Below, piece by piece: positions 1-9,716 of a stretch of 64,000 bases of DNA. Made by a program: the position numbers and the translations under genes. The stretch comes from a virus, in the IMG/VR virus record IMGVR_UViG_3300023174_000145, positions 10,409 through 74,408 of that record; one strand, 5' to 3'. Within the stretch, counting starts at the first letter, position 1, and each line of letters starts with the position of its first letter. The notes under the pieces were generated by a model. That model did not search any database and was not told where the DNA came from. It saw only the letters and a program-made list of their open reading frames with translations.

Positions 1-365
1 TGATAAAACTTTGTATTAAGACCAAGTAATCTAATAGCCTCAAGAATACGAAGTGCTCCTAATGCATTAATATCTGCGGTTGTTTCTGCAAAATCAAAAG
101 ATAGACCAACGTGTGACTGTGCACCAAGATTATAAATCTCATCTGGTTTAATTGAATCAATAATGCGTGTAAGAGATCCAGAATCTGTTAGATCTCCATC
201 GTGCATAAAAAAGTTTGGTGTTCCAATTAGGTGATTAATTCTACCACCATTTGGAGTAGATGTTCTACGATTAAGTCCGTGAACCTCGTATCCTTTTTCT
301 AAAAGAAACTCTACAAGATAAGAACCATCTTGTCCAGTAACTCCAGTGATTAATGCTTTTTTCAT
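1..365 (-). CDS. gmd: GDP-mannose 4,6-dehydratase, N-terminal part (runs off the window)
   Basis: Manual translation from ATG at 365: [34 protein letters not shown]...GDLTDSGSL...[13 protein letters not shown], the GMD N-terminal signature; not in the ORF track. Confidence 0.93.
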   Translation of the reverse strand, partial: MKKALITGVTGQDGSYLVEFLLEKGYEVHGLNRRTSTPNGGRINHLIGTPNFFMHDGDLTDSGSLTRIIDSIKPDEIYNLGAQSHVGLSFDFAETTADINALGALRILEAIRLLGLNTKFY

Positions 366-380
366 TTAAATCCTTATCTA

Positions 381-411
381 AAAAGCCCCCACAGTAATCC
401 TGTGGGGGGGC
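381..411 (-). terminator. Intrinsic terminator
   Basis: Minus strand CCCCCACAG-gatta-CTGTGGGGG followed by C-TTTTT, just after the 418..759 ORF. Confidence 0.65.
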
Positions 412-417
412 AATTAA

Positions 418-759
418 TTAGTTTGCAGTTTTCTTAGAAGCAGTTTTCTTAACTGGCTTAACTTCTTCTGCTGGTGTCTCAGGGATTTCTGTTTCAACCT
501 GCGGATCACCAAATACAGCAACTAGAACGTCATAAGATTCTTCAATCCAATTACGAGCAGTATCTGTTTTTGCTTCAATGTCTCCATTGAAAAGTGCTAG
601 TGCGATTGCACCAGCCATATCGTGCCGATTGAAGATGGTACGAAGAACTGCTGGATACTCATTGGTAGTATCAAACCCTTCTTCTAGGTCATCATAACGG
701 CGGTAGTACGATGTTGCCACATAAGCAACCTTGCTATCAAATGTTGTATCTTTTGTCAT
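418..759 (-). CDS. Hypothetical protein with Lys-rich C-terminal tail
   Basis: 113-aa ORF with its own promoter. Confidence 0.7.
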   Translation of the reverse strand: MTKDTTFDSKVAYVATSYYRRYDDLEEGFDTTNEYPAVLRTIFNRHDMAGAIALALFNGDIEAKTDTARNWIEESYDVLVAVFGDPQVETEIPETPAEEVKPVKKTASKKTAN

Positions 760-765
760 ATGTAT

Positions 766-794
766 ATATTATCCTATTTCTGATCGATTGTCAA
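766..794 (-). promoter_or_regulatory. Sigma70/SigA-type promoter, leaderless
   Basis: TTGACA-17 bp-TAATAT, then 6 nt to the ATG at 759. Confidence 0.65.
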
Positions 795-808
795 TAGTTT
801 TTTAACTA

Positions 809-1168
809 TTATTCTTCTATATCTTGTGGTAAATCTACTTTTTTCATAGACTTAATATTGTTCCACTTTTGTCTTGCAAATGAGAAACCTGCATCGCCAC
901 CCCAAAGATCCCAAGCAACTCTGCCTGGACTTGGATAGCCTTTTTCTCCAGCATTAAAGCCTTCAGCTTTTTTATCAACTTCGTGGCGGGAAAAGAAAGA
1001 AAACATTCTAGCAATAGTAGATTCACTTAATGATTCACCATTTACTATTTGATTTGCTCTAGCAAGACCTACTGATGTTCCACCACGCTTACCTTCTTTA
1101 TGCCATTTTAATGCTCTTGCAGCAGCAGTTTTCATACCTGCCGTTGCCTTATATCCATTTTCTGCCAT
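809..1168 (-). CDS. Conserved phage protein (domain I recall as often fused to head-morphogenesis proteins)
   Basis: GM..AA.RALKW..EG..GGT.VG.ARA.Q...LS..TI.RM.SFF.RH...PS.GRVAW.LWGGDAG pattern. Confidence 0.6.
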   Translation of the reverse strand: MAENGYKATAGMKTAAARALKWHKEGKRGGTSVGLARANQIVNGESLSESTIARMFSFFSRHEVDKKAEGFNAGEKGYPSPGRVAWDLWGGDAGFSFARQKWNNIKSMKKVDLPQDIEE

Positions 1169-1180
1169 AACTATATTATA

Positions 1181-1525
1181 TCAGGATTTCTGCCTAATAT
1201 AATTAATTAGGCTTCTTTGTTGCTTTGTTAGGCTTTCTAGATTACAAGAATATGTATTATTATTTGGCATAACAATCCACTCATTAATTTCTTCCTTGAC
1301 CGTCATATCTATAAGCCCCATATTCCAAAGCTGAAAAATCACTTCATTTGTTTCTTTAATTTGTTCTTCATAAAACTCTGGAAAAGTAGATCTAAACTTT
1401 TTGGTGGTTTGATACAATGGTTCATCGTTTTCATCATAACCCATTTTTATTAAATACCCATCTTTGACAAGTTGATTAATTATTTCAGTCATTTCATCAT
1501 CGTCATTATTAAATACATCAAACAT
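1181..1525 (-). CDS. Hypothetical protein
   Basis: 114-aa ORF coupled to the terminase stop codon. Confidence 0.7.
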   Translation of the reverse strand: MFDVFNNDDDEMTEIINQLVKDGYLIKMGYDENDEPLYQTTKKFRSTFPEFYEEQIKETNEVIFQLWNMGLIDMTVKEEINEWIVMPNNNTYSCNLESLTKQQRSLINYIRQKS

Positions 1526-3318
1526 TAGACCATCCCCATTCTACTTAAATACTCTCCAAGGTCTTGAGTGGTTTCACTTATTTTATGCCTATATGGTGCT
1601 TCAATAACATTGTCTCCAGATTGCTTTATTTCATTTACTTTAAAGTCTCCAAAACTATGTATTTCTATTTCTCTTTCACCCACATTTTTTGGAGTACCTG
1701 CAATAGCATTATAGATTGATCCACAAACAGCATCTGCAAGATCTTTAGAGCCTTTTCTTGGATGATCGACTTTATCTCTAATTAATCTTAGTTGTAATAA
1801 TTCTTCTGTTAACAGTGGAATAGCTGGACCAAGTATTCTTTCTTCCGCCACAAGCATAGCCATATCCTCATAATGTTTTTTGGCAACAGATAATGTTTCA
1901 GTATTCATACCCAAAGATTTTAGTTCATTCATAATATCTAAACTATTCCATCTATCAAATGTTACCTTACGAATGTTAAATCCTCTAGCCCTAAGTTCTA
2001 GAATATAATTTTTTACATCTTTAAATTCTACAGTTTTATCTGCGGTTGGTGTCCACCATCTAACAGCATCTACAACAACATATGGATTAACAACATCGTA
2101 ATCATTAAATGTATTTACCTTTACCCATTTATCAACGTGTGCTAAAGACACCGCACAGTGATCGTGCTTTTGTGCAAGATCAACGTGAACAAAATATTGT
2201 TTTTCTGGATTTGGTTGGAACCATTCTGCAAATCTACCCTCATCATTTACAGCAAGACTAGGACTTCTAAAACAAGCCTCAATCTTTTCTTTTGAACGGA
2301 AGAAAGCATCTACAGCATCTGGTGGCATACAAGCAAAACGAGAAAGGGCATCAATAGGGTTGGTATAGAAGGCAATCTTAAAATCCTCTATTTTTCTAGT
2401 AGGATTAATCTCCCAAGTTGGTCTGCGTAAAGCAAAAACTTTAGGAAAATGATAAGACTCAATTATGTCTTCTTCCCACTGGACAGTAAAATAATTGTCT
2501 TCTCTGTCTTCTTCTATGTCTTCATCAAGTTTAAAAGTGTGTTCTCTTGTAAGAACATCTTTTGTTGCCACCACCGCATTGTATCTTTGCTGAATATAAT
2601 CATTACGATAACGAGGAAATGAAAGCAGAACTACTTTACCAAAATCTGGAAAGCGGGAATCTACAGATGCACGATACATATCATACAGACCCTGAGCGGT
2701 TTTAGCTTGGTCGTGACCAGACGTAGACTCTGTAGCAAAACCAGAAATCTCATCAAGAATTACACAGAGTACGTTATAACCTTCCCAAGACTCTCTTTCA
2801 GAGTGACCAGAGTGACAAGTAATATTTTTATCAAACTTAATAGCACCAGCGGTTGGTGTATACTTTCCTAAAAACCAAGGGGACTTTTCAATTCTAGTCT
2901 TAAAGCCCTTAAAGAAAACATTCTGTGCCTGTTGAGCATTGATAGCGATATTAAGAATATCAATAGAGTCGCCTGGAGGCTTGCCATAATATTTGGCTGG
3001 ATCTTTAAGACATAACAAAAGATAAACCATATAGGTAACAGCGATGGTAGACATATAATCTTTACCAGAACCTTTACCAAGTTGAAGGATTACTTCATTG
3101 CAAGTTTGCTTCCATCTTTTATTACCTTCATCTTCACCATAAAGATTAAGCAATGTTTGTTTTTTATAAATCTGACTCATAGCACGAATAGATTGATACT
3201 GATAATCAGATAGCGGTGGTAGACCAAGATATTCATCAGACACAACAAACTCTTCTAGCATAACTGGTTTTTCATCAAACTCGTCACCGCCGAGAAGGTC
3301 TAGTACGTCTTCAAACAT
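1525..3318 (-). CDS. terL: Terminase large subunit
   Basis: Walker A-like LGKGSGKD, Walker B VILDEISGF, C-terminal nuclease VHVDLA...SKDLADA. Confidence 0.93.
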   Translation of the reverse strand: MFEDVLDLLGGDEFDEKPVMLEEFVVSDEYLGLPPLSDYQYQSIRAMSQIYKKQTLLNLYGEDEGNKRWKQTCNEVILQLGKGSGKDYMSTIAVTYMVYLLLCLKDPAKYYGKPPGDSIDILNIAINAQQAQNVFFKGFKTRIEKSPWFLGKYTPTAGAIKFDKNITCHSGHSERESWEGYNVLCVILDEISGFATESTSGHDQAKTAQGLYDMYRASVDSRFPDFGKVVLLSFPRYRNDYIQQRYNAVVATKDVLTREHTFKLDEDIEEDREDNYFTVQWEEDIIESYHFPKVFALRRPTWEINPTRKIEDFKIAFYTNPIDALSRFACMPPDAVDAFFRSKEKIEACFRSPSLAVNDEGRFAEWFQPNPEKQYFVHVDLAQKHDHCAVSLAHVDKWVKVNTFNDYDVVNPYVVVDAVRWWTPTADKTVEFKDVKNYILELRARGFNIRKVTFDRWNSLDIMNELKSLGMNTETLSVAKKHYEDMAMLVAEERILGPAIPLLTEELLQLRLIRDKVDHPRKGSKDLADAVCGSIYNAIAGTPKNVGEREIEIHSFGDFKVNEIKQSGDNVIEAPYRHKISETTQDLGEYLSRMGMV

Positions 3319-3833
3319 TAGATAGGCTCTGCCTTATTATTAATCTTAGATAACCTTTCTGCCACCTGCATTTTACAATGATCACAATCAGAAACAACGT
3401 CACGAATAACTGACATAATTACTTCTTGTTTTTCTTCAGACTCAATAATTCTTTCTGCCATTTCATTGTTATCCAGCATACCTGCTTTTTGTAGCATATC
3501 TATTTGCTTTTGCTGAATATCAGCAATTAATTTAAGAGCAGTAGTTTTTTGATTTAGTTGTGCCGATTGTGTTGCTTCTTCGACAACAGACCAAGCCTCT
3601 TTAATAAGCATAGAGTAATGCTGATCAGCTCCTGTGAGAGCCTCTCTAGCACGAATCTGAACCTGTCTATCGCTTTTAATAACATAACGCCATTCCTCTA
3701 AGTATTCAACAACGTCTGCCCTTTTAAAACCAGTTAACTTGGCAATATCAGTAGGGTTTGTGTTACCCTTCAAAAATTCGGAAGCAACAACATTGATGCG
3801 TTCCCAGCGGTCAGCAAGTTCTAATTCAGACAT
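3318..3833 (-). CDS. Putative terminase small subunit / HTH protein
   Basis: N-terminal HTH-like segment (PTDIAKLTGFKRADV), helical body, directly upstream of terL. Confidence 0.55.
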   Translation of the reverse strand: MSELELADRWERINVVASEFLKGNTNPTDIAKLTGFKRADVVEYLEEWRYVIKSDRQVQIRAREALTGADQHYSMLIKEAWSVVEEATQSAQLNQKTTALKLIADIQQKQIDMLQKAGMLDNNEMAERIIESEEKQEVIMSVIRDVVSDCDHCKMQVAERLSKINNKAEPI

Positions 3834-4095
3834 TTTTCTTTTTCCTTTTTCTCTTAGGTTTAATTATACCCTTTAATTGTTCTGGATAAAAGGAACGGTA
3901 TCCAGTAGGACCAATAACATCAATCCATTCTGTTCTTGTTTTTGAATTAATTACATACTTCTCAAACTTATATATTCCACGTTCGTATTTGATCTTTACT
4001 TCTGTTCCTGGAACGAGAATATCTTTTCCGTGTTTATATTCATACCAAATAGTCCAATTAGGATTATATTGGATTTCTATCTTTTTCTTAGCCAT
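3826..4095 (-). CDS. Small basic hypothetical protein
   Basis: Track ORF 3826..4128; likely start MAKKK at 4095, just after the upstream stop. Confidence 0.6.
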   Translation of the reverse strand: MAKKKIEIQYNPNWTIWYEYKHGKDILVPGTEVKIKYERGIYKFEKYVINSKTRTEWIDVIGPTGYRSFYPEQLKGIIKPKRKRKKKNV

Positions 4096-4096
4096 T

Positions 4097-4273
4097 TTAG
4101 CCACCTGTACTGTAAAATCCTGGACCATTAAATGTAATGGTAGGAGAGTTGAATGTTCTTTTCATTGGTTTTGAGCATTGCTCACATAAGACTTCATTGT
4201 CTCTTTCATCAACAGTTCTTTTTAGTTCTTGTGATGAATCACAATCACCACAAACATACTGATATGTTGGCAT
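4097..4273 (-). CDS. FmdB-family zinc-ribbon protein (58 aa)
   Basis: Manual translation MPTYQYVCGDCD...CEQCSKPMKRTFNSPTITFNGPGFYSTGG matches MP.Y.Y.C..C...C..C...F.G.GFY. Confidence 0.85.
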   Translation of the reverse strand: MPTYQYVCGDCDSSQELKRTVDERDNEVLCEQCSKPMKRTFNSPTITFNGPGFYSTGG

Positions 4274-4617
4274 TAAATATCTTCCTTAAGTTGATTTTTA
4301 ATTGCTATCTTTAATAATATTAAATACCCTAGAATATCATCTACAGCATCAATCATACCCTCATTTTCAAAGGTCTGATTATTCTTAATTCTATTTAGTT
4401 TATCGTCAAGTCTTGCTGATAACTGCTCTACCGCCGTACCTTTACTAAAAATAGATGCAGGATATAGAGCAGAGTTTCCATAAGAGATATTTTTTTGGAT
4501 CAGCATCTTAGTAACATATATGGCTTCTGCAAGGATTTCTTTACCTGCTGGTGCCTCTAGAGCAAACTCAACTAGGTCATTTAATCCATAGTCATTCTTG
4601 CCATTATACTCATACAT
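4273..4617 (-). CDS. Nucleotide-modification-associated domain 1 (DUF1599-like) protein
   Basis: KN.SYGNS...RLDDKLNRI...D..DILGYLILL motif. Confidence 0.65.
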   Translation of the reverse strand: MYEYNGKNDYGLNDLVEFALEAPAGKEILAEAIYVTKMLIQKNISYGNSALYPASIFSKGTAVEQLSARLDDKLNRIKNNQTFENEGMIDAVDDILGYLILLKIAIKNQLKEDI

Positions 4618-5647
4618 TATTTAACTCCTTATTTATCTTTTTAATTCTAGGGATATGATATTGCTCTACAACACTTTCCCAATTCCATTTTCTATGAATG
4701 TCAAATGACTTTAAAAATGACTCTTCTATGTCGCTCAAGTGATTTTCATAAGCCTTCCTCATATTATACCGCATAGATTCAGTTTTGGGAAGATATTTTT
4801 CACCAAAATATATTCTTTTTAAACTTTCATCTATAATATTTTCCTGAGCATCTACAAGATCACTATCTATTTTATATTTAATATCATCTTTATATTCTGC
4901 CCATTCCCAAGTTGAAATAACTGGAATGCCTGTTGCCATAGCTTCAAGGGGTATCATTCCAAATCCTTCGCCCCAAGAAGGATAAACCAAACAGTTAACT
5001 CTATGTAATATTTTAAGATATTCATTTTGAGTAATATCATTTTCAATGATAATTATATTTTTATAAATTTCTCGGGGATCTACTAAACTACCGTTTCCAT
5101 CATCAATTCTTATTGTATGCCCACCTTCATATGCTTTGATTAAAAGTATAACATTTGGATCGTGACCAAATTCTTGAATAAAAGCATCTACAGTTTGTTG
5201 ACCACCTTTTCTAACTGATGGTTCTCCACAATGAAAAAAAATAAATTTTTCAGTTACTCTTCTTTTTGCTGGCAACCAATGCCCAGAAACACCAAGAGGC
5301 ATAACATAGACTGGTCTATCTACAGTTTTTCTAAAAGTATCTGCAACCCAAGTTGAAGATGCCCAAACTTCATCTGCTTTATTTAAACATTTAGTCCATT
5401 TATCAGAAAGCATAGTTGTTTCGTGACAAGAATATAAAACATTATATGCACCAGAAAACATTATATGAAGCTCTGGATTGCTATAGGATATGTTTAATGG
5501 AATATTTGGGTTTGCGACTGCAACAGTTATATCATTTTTTTCCATAGCATTAATCATATATTTTGCAGATAAAGCATATCCAGTTATTGGATCTTTATAT
5601 TGCTCTAGTTGAGTAACACCAGAAAAACTTATTATTTCTTTTTCCAA
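4610..5647 (-). CDS. GT-B (family 4-like) glycosyltransferase
   Basis: RKGG, CLVYPSWGEGFGMIPLEAMATGIPVI; start likely the TTG at 5647 (track start 5716 overlaps the upstream gene). Confidence 0.9.
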   Translation of the reverse strand: MEKEIISFSGVTQLEQYKDPITGYALSAKYMINAMEKNDITVAVANPNIPLNISYSNPELHIMFSGAYNVLYSCHETTMLSDKWTKCLNKADEVWASSTWVADTFRKTVDRPVYVMPLGVSGHWLPAKRRVTEKFIFFHCGEPSVRKGGQQTVDAFIQEFGHDPNVILLIKAYEGGHTIRIDDGNGSLVDPREIYKNIIIIENDITQNEYLKILHRVNCLVYPSWGEGFGMIPLEAMATGIPVISTWEWAEYKDDIKYKIDSDLVDAQENIIDESLKRIYFGEKYLPKTESMRYNMRKAYENHLSDIEESFLKSFDIHRKWNWESVVEQYHIPRIKKINKELNNV

Positions 5648-5796
5648 GACCTTTGATCCCTTACTAATCCAAACTCTACTAAATATCTGTAGATAGTTTG
5701 ATGACTTGTACCACATTCTTTTGCAATATCATCAATACTCATTCTATCAACTAGATACCGTTTTGTCAACCATTTTTTAGACTGATATAGTTTCAT
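5632..5796 (-). CDS. Small HTH DNA-binding protein (54 aa)
   Basis: Manual translation MKLYQSKKWLTKRYLVDRMSIDDIAKECGTSHQTIYRYLVEFGLVRDQRSWKKK. Confidence 0.75.
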   Translation of the reverse strand: MKLYQSKKWLTKRYLVDRMSIDDIAKECGTSHQTIYRYLVEFGLVRDQRSWKKK

Positions 5797-6363
5797 TTAT
5801 CTCTCCGTCAAGTTCTTATATGCATAATAAGCAATACCCATAGAGTCACCGACATCATTATCGGTTACATCTACTCCATAATTATTGATGAAATAGTCCA
5901 TAGTTTTTTGCTTCCGCCGATTTCTCATCTCTGCTTTATACCAAGAAACGCTTTTTCCTGGAATCTCTTTTTCAAGTGCTGCCTTGTCTGCCTTTGTTGG
6001 ATTTTTATTGCCAATAAATGCTTGCCACTGAACAGGAGCAACAGTGATTACCTTTGTGTGCGGGCGCAAAAGTCTAGCAAGAACCGCACCAACAATCATA
6101 GCAATCTTTAATCCAGCATCAGCAGACCTAACCATTATAGCAGATTCGACTGCAACATAGTCTGGTTCAACAAGTGAAGCAATTACTTGTGCTTTTTTAT
6201 TTGCATCTTTGATCTTTTCATAAATGTCAGCACCCTCTATTGGAAGCTTTCCAAACTTTACTGGATTACCATCTTGAAATAAGCAAAAGGCAATAGATGC
6301 CGTTGATGCATCTATACCTAATACTTTATTTGCTTTAGTTTTTGCTAATTTTGCTAATGACAT
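5797..6363 (-). CDS. RuvC-like Holliday junction resolvase
   Basis: VLGIDAST, VAVES, DNDVGDS acidic catalytic pattern. Confidence 0.8.
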   Translation of the reverse strand: MSLAKLAKTKANKVLGIDASTASIAFCLFQDGNPVKFGKLPIEGADIYEKIKDANKKAQVIASLVEPDYVAVESAIMVRSADAGLKIAMIVGAVLARLLRPHTKVITVAPVQWQAFIGNKNPTKADKAALEKEIPGKSVSWYKAEMRNRRKQKTMDYFINNYGVDVTDNDVGDSMGIAYYAYKNLTER

Positions 6364-6631
6364 TTAAAATCTCATCCCTTGCTATATTTGCTTTATTTTT
6401 CTTTTTTGCAGTCTGACAGTCTTGACAGATTACATCTGGATTATACCGACTTAACTTATTGCTACAAGTAGAACAAAGTCTTACTTCACCAGCAAGCCTA
6501 GCTTTTTTGGCATAATATTTTTCCATAATCTTTTTATTTGTTGATAACCTACAGCAATCTTTTGAACAATATTTTTGATTATGTGTTTTGTATTCAAACT
6601 GATTGCCACACTGAATACAGGCTTTGGTCAC
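6335..6631 (-). CDS. Cys-rich zinc-binding protein
   Basis: CxxC...YCSxxC...CxxC...CxxC. Confidence 0.65.
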   Translation of the reverse strand: MTKACIQCGNQFEYKTHNQKYCSKDCCRLSTNKKIMEKYYAKKARLAGEVRLCSTCSNKLSRYNPDVICQDCQTAKKKNKANIARDEILNVISKISKN

Positions 6632-7401
6632 GAACGAACCTCCAAAGGTTCAATCTTTGTCCTACCGTCTGATGCAGACCAACAATCACCTTTTACTGGA
6701 CAATAATTGCAGTTAGAACTATTTTCTTTGAATGGTCGCTTAATGTTTTTCTTATCCTGCCAAGCAGAATAAACTCCACGCATCCAATCCAAAATATACT
6801 CAACATATTTCTTATTTTCATCAGACATTACGATGGGTATAACTGCAATCTCGTGACTATTTTTATTTTCATATAAGAAATAGCCTTCTTGCAAATCCAT
6901 AACATACATATAAATCAATAGCTGAACAACGTGACTATCAGAACCTGTAGACGTATCTTTACGGATATCAAAACCCTCTGACTTAATTGTTTTTATTTCA
7001 CCGACAATCTCTTCACCGTCAACTTCTGAAATCATATCTGCAAATCCACGAATAGGTGGATCTTCACATAATACTTCACGCTCAAGTTCTTTTACTAAGC
7101 CAGCCTTAAGCAAAGCACCCTGTATTCTATCGTGTGCTTGAGTACCAGCATTCATTGCAGCCATACCTTGTGCAGTAAAACTTGTTTTAAAGTTTGCACC
7201 AGTAAATGCTAGATTCCAATATCTAGGACAGGTTCCATAACCATATCCAATAGTGGATGGCGAAAATGTTTTTTTGACCATAAAGTTGGTTCCATTTTTG
7301 CCATCTAAGTATGCCTTGCCAACGGCAAGTCTAAACTTCTTTGGGTCTATCTTTGTGTCTCTTGGCTTTGTTGTCAAAGTTCCAATTAAATTTTTTACCA
7401 T
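6628..7401 (-). CDS. Cas4-like PD-(D/E)XK exonuclease
   Basis: CPR, GT..H, G.AD...EIKT, QL..Y, C-terminal CxxC...C cluster ligands. Confidence 0.85.
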   Translation of the reverse strand: MVKNLIGTLTTKPRDTKIDPKKFRLAVGKAYLDGKNGTNFMVKKTFSPSTIGYGYGTCPRYWNLAFTGANFKTSFTAQGMAAMNAGTQAHDRIQGALLKAGLVKELEREVLCEDPPIRGFADMISEVDGEEIVGEIKTIKSEGFDIRKDTSTGSDSHVVQLLIYMYVMDLQEGYFLYENKNSHEIAVIPIVMSDENKKYVEYILDWMRGVYSAWQDKKNIKRPFKENSSNCNYCPVKGDCWSASDGRTKIEPLEVRS

Positions 7402-7736
7402 TATGCTCCTAAGTTATATCGTGCTACATACTTGAGAGCATCTACCATTTTGTCGATAGAATCTTTCATTGTATAATACACATTCTTTTTTGTATTATTA
7501 ATACTACCAGAAGGTCCTTTTTCAACAGTAGAATACCAAGTTGCCAATACACCAAACTTAGCACTCATTGCTTGCATCTTGTTGATAAGTGCAACAGCCT
7601 GAACAGACGGAATATCTGGCTTCATCATAACCTTGACGATAAGTGCCAATGCTTCGTCTAAGTCTTCATCTTTCATAAATTCGTGCAGGTCATTAAACTC
7701 TGTCACCTGATTAATATAATCAAGGGTTGATTCCAT
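7401..7736 (-). CDS. Conserved hypothetical protein
   Basis: 111-aa helical ORF in the recombination block. Confidence 0.7.
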   Translation of the reverse strand: MESTLDYINQVTEFNDLHEFMKDEDLDEALALIVKVMMKPDIPSVQAVALINKMQAMSAKFGVLATWYSTVEKGPSGSINNTKKNVYYTMKDSIDKMVDALKYVARYNLGA

Positions 7737-8025
7737 TTGCTCTCTCCAATAAATCTTCTAGGGCAGCCCATTCAATGACTGCTAATCTTATCTTTTGTGT
7801 TTCACCGATTGCCAATAATAGGGCTGGATATTTATCTTTGCTTGTTTTAAGCGTATCGGTAACTATCTTAGCCCATACCTCTTGGTTTATGGTGAAACTT
7901 TTAGATGCTTCTTTTACATCTACAACAAACTCATCTGTAGAACCATCAGCTTTTTGATATTGTCCACGACCAGAGTTTTTATGTGCCTTTGCACCGATCT
8001 TTTTTAATTCACCACGTTCACTCAT
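7720..8025 (-). CDS. PD-(D/E)XK nuclease, Holliday-junction-resolvase-like
   Basis: NSGRG...KAD...VVDVKE motif. Confidence 0.6.
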   Translation of the reverse strand: MSERGELKKIGAKAHKNSGRGQYQKADGSTDEFVVDVKEASKSFTINQEVWAKIVTDTLKTSKDKYPALLLAIGETQKIRLAVIEWAALEDLLERANGINP

Positions 8026-8213
8026 AGGGTAGCCTTATTAATATGTCCTTGTGGACATACATATTTAAGAATCATATTATCTTCATCAAGTGATGCAGAA
8101 TTAACATTTGCAAAACATTCACCACATATAAAATTTCCACCCATTGTTACTTCATCTTCTTTCTCTACTTCTTGTTCTTTTTTACCGCCGACAAACTCTC
8201 TTGGATCTATCAT
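8022..8213 (-). CDS. Small zinc-ribbon protein
   Basis: CGEC...CPQGH. Confidence 0.6.
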   Translation of the reverse strand: MIDPREFVGGKKEQEVEKEDEVTMGGNFICGECFANVNSASLDEDNMILKYVCPQGHINKATL

Positions 8214-9217
8214 ATCTTTGCATACACCATACTTTCTAGAGTATCAAATACTTCAGGGTTAGTCCGAACATACTCTACGACCTTTGCACGACCCTGTAAA
8301 CGCTGGTCTAGGATTGTGTACCAAGCACCGCCACGCTCAATGATGCCCATAAGTTCTGCAACGTCAACAAGGTCTGCGACTTTATCTACACCAACGTGAC
8401 CGCCCTGAAAATAGAAATCATATGAGCCGTTAATAAACTGTGGACCAGTTTTATTATAGTCAATACTCCAGTTTACTGGACGACCAACTTTTTGCTCAAT
8501 TAGTCTATCTCCTACAGCAATCTTATCTTTAATAGAGTTTGCCTCTGCTTCAGAAGACCATAGTTTTACAATAGTGCTACTAAAGAACTTTACAGCCATA
8601 CCACCTGTTGGAATATGTGTAGCGTGCATAGATCCAAAACTATTGCGTTGCTGTGAAATAAGAATAAGCAAAGTGTTTTCATTTGCATAATTAAGCATCT
8701 TAACTGCGTGAGTCATATCCTTTGCTTCTGCACCAATCTGTTTGGTGTCTTGAAGTTCTTTAAGTTCACTTCCATCTTTCTCAAAATAGATTGCAGGAAG
8801 CAAAGCAGAGATAGAATCAACTACAATAATATCTACACCAGCTTTCATCAAATCTACACCAACATCAACCATATCATTGATAGTTTTTGCTGGAGAGTAA
8901 ATAAGTTTTTCTGAATCAACACCTAATTGTTCAGCCCATTCTGGAGAATATGATTGCTCAGAATCAATCCAGGCACAAACCTTTCCATTTTTTTGGGCTT
9001 CACCAATCATCTGTAAACAAAATGATGATTTACCCGCTGACTTATTTCCCCATACAAGAACTTGGCGACCATATCCTAGTCCACCCTTTAGTCCAACATT
9101 AAGACTAAGACTTGGTGTTGGTTGTTTTTCTATTTCTACTTCTGTTGCTGACTGTACCCTTTTTCTTGTCTTTGGGTCTAGCCTCGCTAAGATGTCTTCC
9201 ATCTTTGTTTCTGTCAT
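8210..9217 (-). CDS. recA: RecA-like recombinase
   Basis: GNKSAGKS P-loop, WIDSE, IIVVDSISAL, GGMAVKFFSS, GGAWY. Confidence 0.92.
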   Translation of the reverse strand: MTETKMEDILARLDPKTRKRVQSATEVEIEKQPTPSLSLNVGLKGGLGYGRQVLVWGNKSAGKSSFCLQMIGEAQKNGKVCAWIDSEQSYSPEWAEQLGVDSEKLIYSPAKTINDMVDVGVDLMKAGVDIIVVDSISALLPAIYFEKDGSELKELQDTKQIGAEAKDMTHAVKMLNYANENTLLILISQQRNSFGSMHATHIPTGGMAVKFFSSTIVKLWSSEAEANSIKDKIAVGDRLIEQKVGRPVNWSIDYNKTGPQFINGSYDFYFQGGHVGVDKVADLVDVAELMGIIERGGAWYTILDQRLQGRAKVVEYVRTNPEVFDTLESMVYAKI

Positions 9218-9371
9218 TAAAATGCATCTCCAATATCTTTGCTAAATCTTTTATTTCTTCTTCTCGCATTGTTTCAATCTTTTTAATAATTGAATACATT
9301 TGCTCTTCATTATAGCTTCTTATTACAAGTAGAAGTTCTCCGTCTACCCCTTCTAAAAAGTATCCCTGCAT
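9105..9371 (-). CDS. Hypothetical protein
   Basis: 88-aa ORF whose 3' end overlaps recA. Confidence 0.55.
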   Translation of the reverse strand: MQGYFLEGVDGELLLVIRSYNEEQMYSIIKKIETMREEEIKDLAKILEMHFNDRNKDGRHLSEARPKDKKKGTVSNRSRNRKTTNTKS

Positions 9372-9377
9372 ATTATA

Positions 9378-9716
9378 TCATCCCAATACGTTATGCATTT
9401 TTGGTCTATTTTGATTAACCAATGTTTTACTAATTAATGTGTCTTCAAGCGATGCATCAACTTCACCTGCAACACGAAGACCTTCATACAAATCAACAAC
9501 ACGAATAATAATGTCTGCTAATTCTTCAACTACTTCATCTTTGCCCTTGCTTTTACGCAAAGCCTCTAAAACTTCTGTTGCTTCCGAATGGATCATAGCA
9601 ATCTGTTTTGCATAAAAGATAAAAGTTTCTGATGTTGGTACTGGATACATATAGTCCCAGAAACCCTTGTCTTTTGCATTGTCGTGGACACTCTTTGCTA
9701 AATTATCTAGATTCAT
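9378..9716 (-). CDS. MazG-like nucleotide pyrophosphohydrolase
   Basis: IHSEATEVLEALRK...EELADIIIR. Confidence 0.85.
   Translation of the reverse strand: MNLDNLAKSVHDNAKDKGFWDYMYPVPTSETFIFYAKQIAMIHSEATEVLEALRKSKGKDEVVEELADIIIRVVDLYEGLRVAGEVDASLEDTLISKTLVNQNRPKMHNVLG

Noticed and set aside
6628-7401. Cas4-like gene as a sign of CRISPR-Cas
   Set aside because: No repeat-spacer array or other cas genes in the window; solo Cas4-like nucleases are common in phage recombination modules.
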